From Octopus bimaculoides (taxonomy: Eukaryota), in the NCBI RefSeq assembly GCF_001194135.2, contig NC_068984.1:107103510-107167509 (forward strand): DNA of 64,000 nucleotides, written 5' to 3'. This document shows positions 62,912 through 64,000 of this stretch, in pieces; position 1 is the stretch's first letter, and each line of letters opens with the position of its first letter. The translations under genes were made by a program, and so were the position numbers. Under the pieces are notes generated by a model. The model did no database searches, was not told the origin of the DNA, and worked only from the letters and a program-made list of their open reading frames with translations.

Positions 62912-63258
62912 AAGGTATACTGAATTTATACTGATGTTTCGGCCCAGAGAGAAAAGCCAGTAAAGATGGGATTGTTGCTGATACCAGTTCTAGGTGAAGC
63001 TTTGAATGGTTAGAATTTTTAATCACATGGGCAATATTCTAGCGAATCGTGACATCGGGTGATTGTTGAATATTTGCGCTACACAATATTGAAACATGAA
63101 TATTTTCCCGGTAAAAGAGACCAAGGTAGTCACTTTCTTTAACGATCACATACAGGAACAAGTAAAAAAAAAATTCTTTATCTCTGTCTTCTAGGAAAAC
63201 TGAGAGCAAGTAAGAACAGCGGCGAGAAATCCTGTCAGATGCAAAAAAATAAACTTAC

Positions 63259-63306
63259 GATACGGTCTCCGCCTTTTTGAGCCCGAACAATCAGCCCCAA
63301 TGCAGG
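63259..63306 (-). other. Candidate 48-nt exon
   Basis: Acceptor cataatgtttcag|CC and donor ATC|gtaagt; two open frames (PALGLIVRAQKGGDRI or CIGADCSGSKRRRPY). Confidence 0.3.
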
Positions 63307-63879
63307 CTGAAACATTATGGGACTCAAGGTGTTGAGGACTTCGTATATATATATAGATGAGCTACACATTCGATGGTACACATTCGAAGAGTATTTACCA
63401 GAAGGGAGACATAAACAAGGCCAGATACTTAATTGAATGCTCCACAGCCTTCTATGAGTATTTGAAGGTAAGTGTATTCGACGTCACGTCGTTTGGAGTT
63501 TTGTAATTTACCCAGCACAAAAAATTAAGAGCACCTTTTTGCTGCGCCAGAACTCAGTCAGATGAAAGGCAGAGTACCAAGAGATGTGAGATGTAACGGC
63601 CGAGTTTATCCAGTCGGTTCCTACGTATGATGGATGAATACTTAGATGTTCTCTTTTGATTTTGTATTAGTATTATAATTTATTTTAATTATTGTATTTT
63701 CCGTGTTTGCGGAATACTCACTCATTTATACATTAATGCAGGAGCAGGATATTCAGTTGGTCGAACAATTGAATCCCCATCGTCAAACGAAATAAATCCA
63801 CCACACACACACAGAGACACACACACACACAAGCACACGTGTTGTAGTTGAAGTTTTGCCGGAAACTGTATAACCAGGT

Positions 63880-64000
63880 GTAGTGGGTTGCCAAAATTGT
63901 CAAGCGAAATGCTTTGCTGTATTTAGATACGTTCTGAGTTCAAATCCTGACGCACTTACTCTGCCTCTCTATATTTCCAGTGTCGTAAAAAAATAAAAGT
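63880..64000 (+). mobile_element. SINE family A, old copy cut by the window end
   Basis: gcgaaatgctttgctgtattt...acgttctgagttcaaatcc. Confidence 0.7.

Noticed and set aside
62436-63026. 196-aa ORF (and antisense 140-aa ORF) as a gene
   Set aside because: The middle third is a young SINE with TSDs; removing it changes the frame.

Overview
AT-rich, microsatellite-dense animal genomic DNA with 15 assembly gaps (about 5 kb of N). The tRNA-headed SINE families, R4/Dong and RTE LINEs, and maT/mariner transposons suggest a coleoid cephalopod, Octopus-like (inference, no database search). No intact protein-coding gene, rRNA, true tRNA or CRISPR array can be supported. Most ORF-track entries are microsatellite, N-run or TE artefacts. 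Supported content: (1) about 30 SINE copies or fragments in four tRNA-derived families; (2) Tc1/mariner relics: two DD34D mariners (one nearly full length), two partly overlapping, otherwise complementary maT (DD37D) fragments and a Tc1 (DD34E-type) 3' end; (3) a head-to-tail stack of three R4/Dong fragments plus a fourth copy, an RTE copy with an inverted 5' segment, and Penelope-like tail fragments; (4) a decayed, apparently intronless region carrying protein-tyrosine-phosphatase motifs in order; (5) candidate minus-strand exons near 61-63 kb. The most unusual signal is a recurrence of fold-back and inversion structures, mostly beside simple repeats: two 73-79 nt hairpins, a 256-bp inverted duplication, and 5'-inverted RTE and mariner copies. 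I could not establish a new biological system. These are leads to test.
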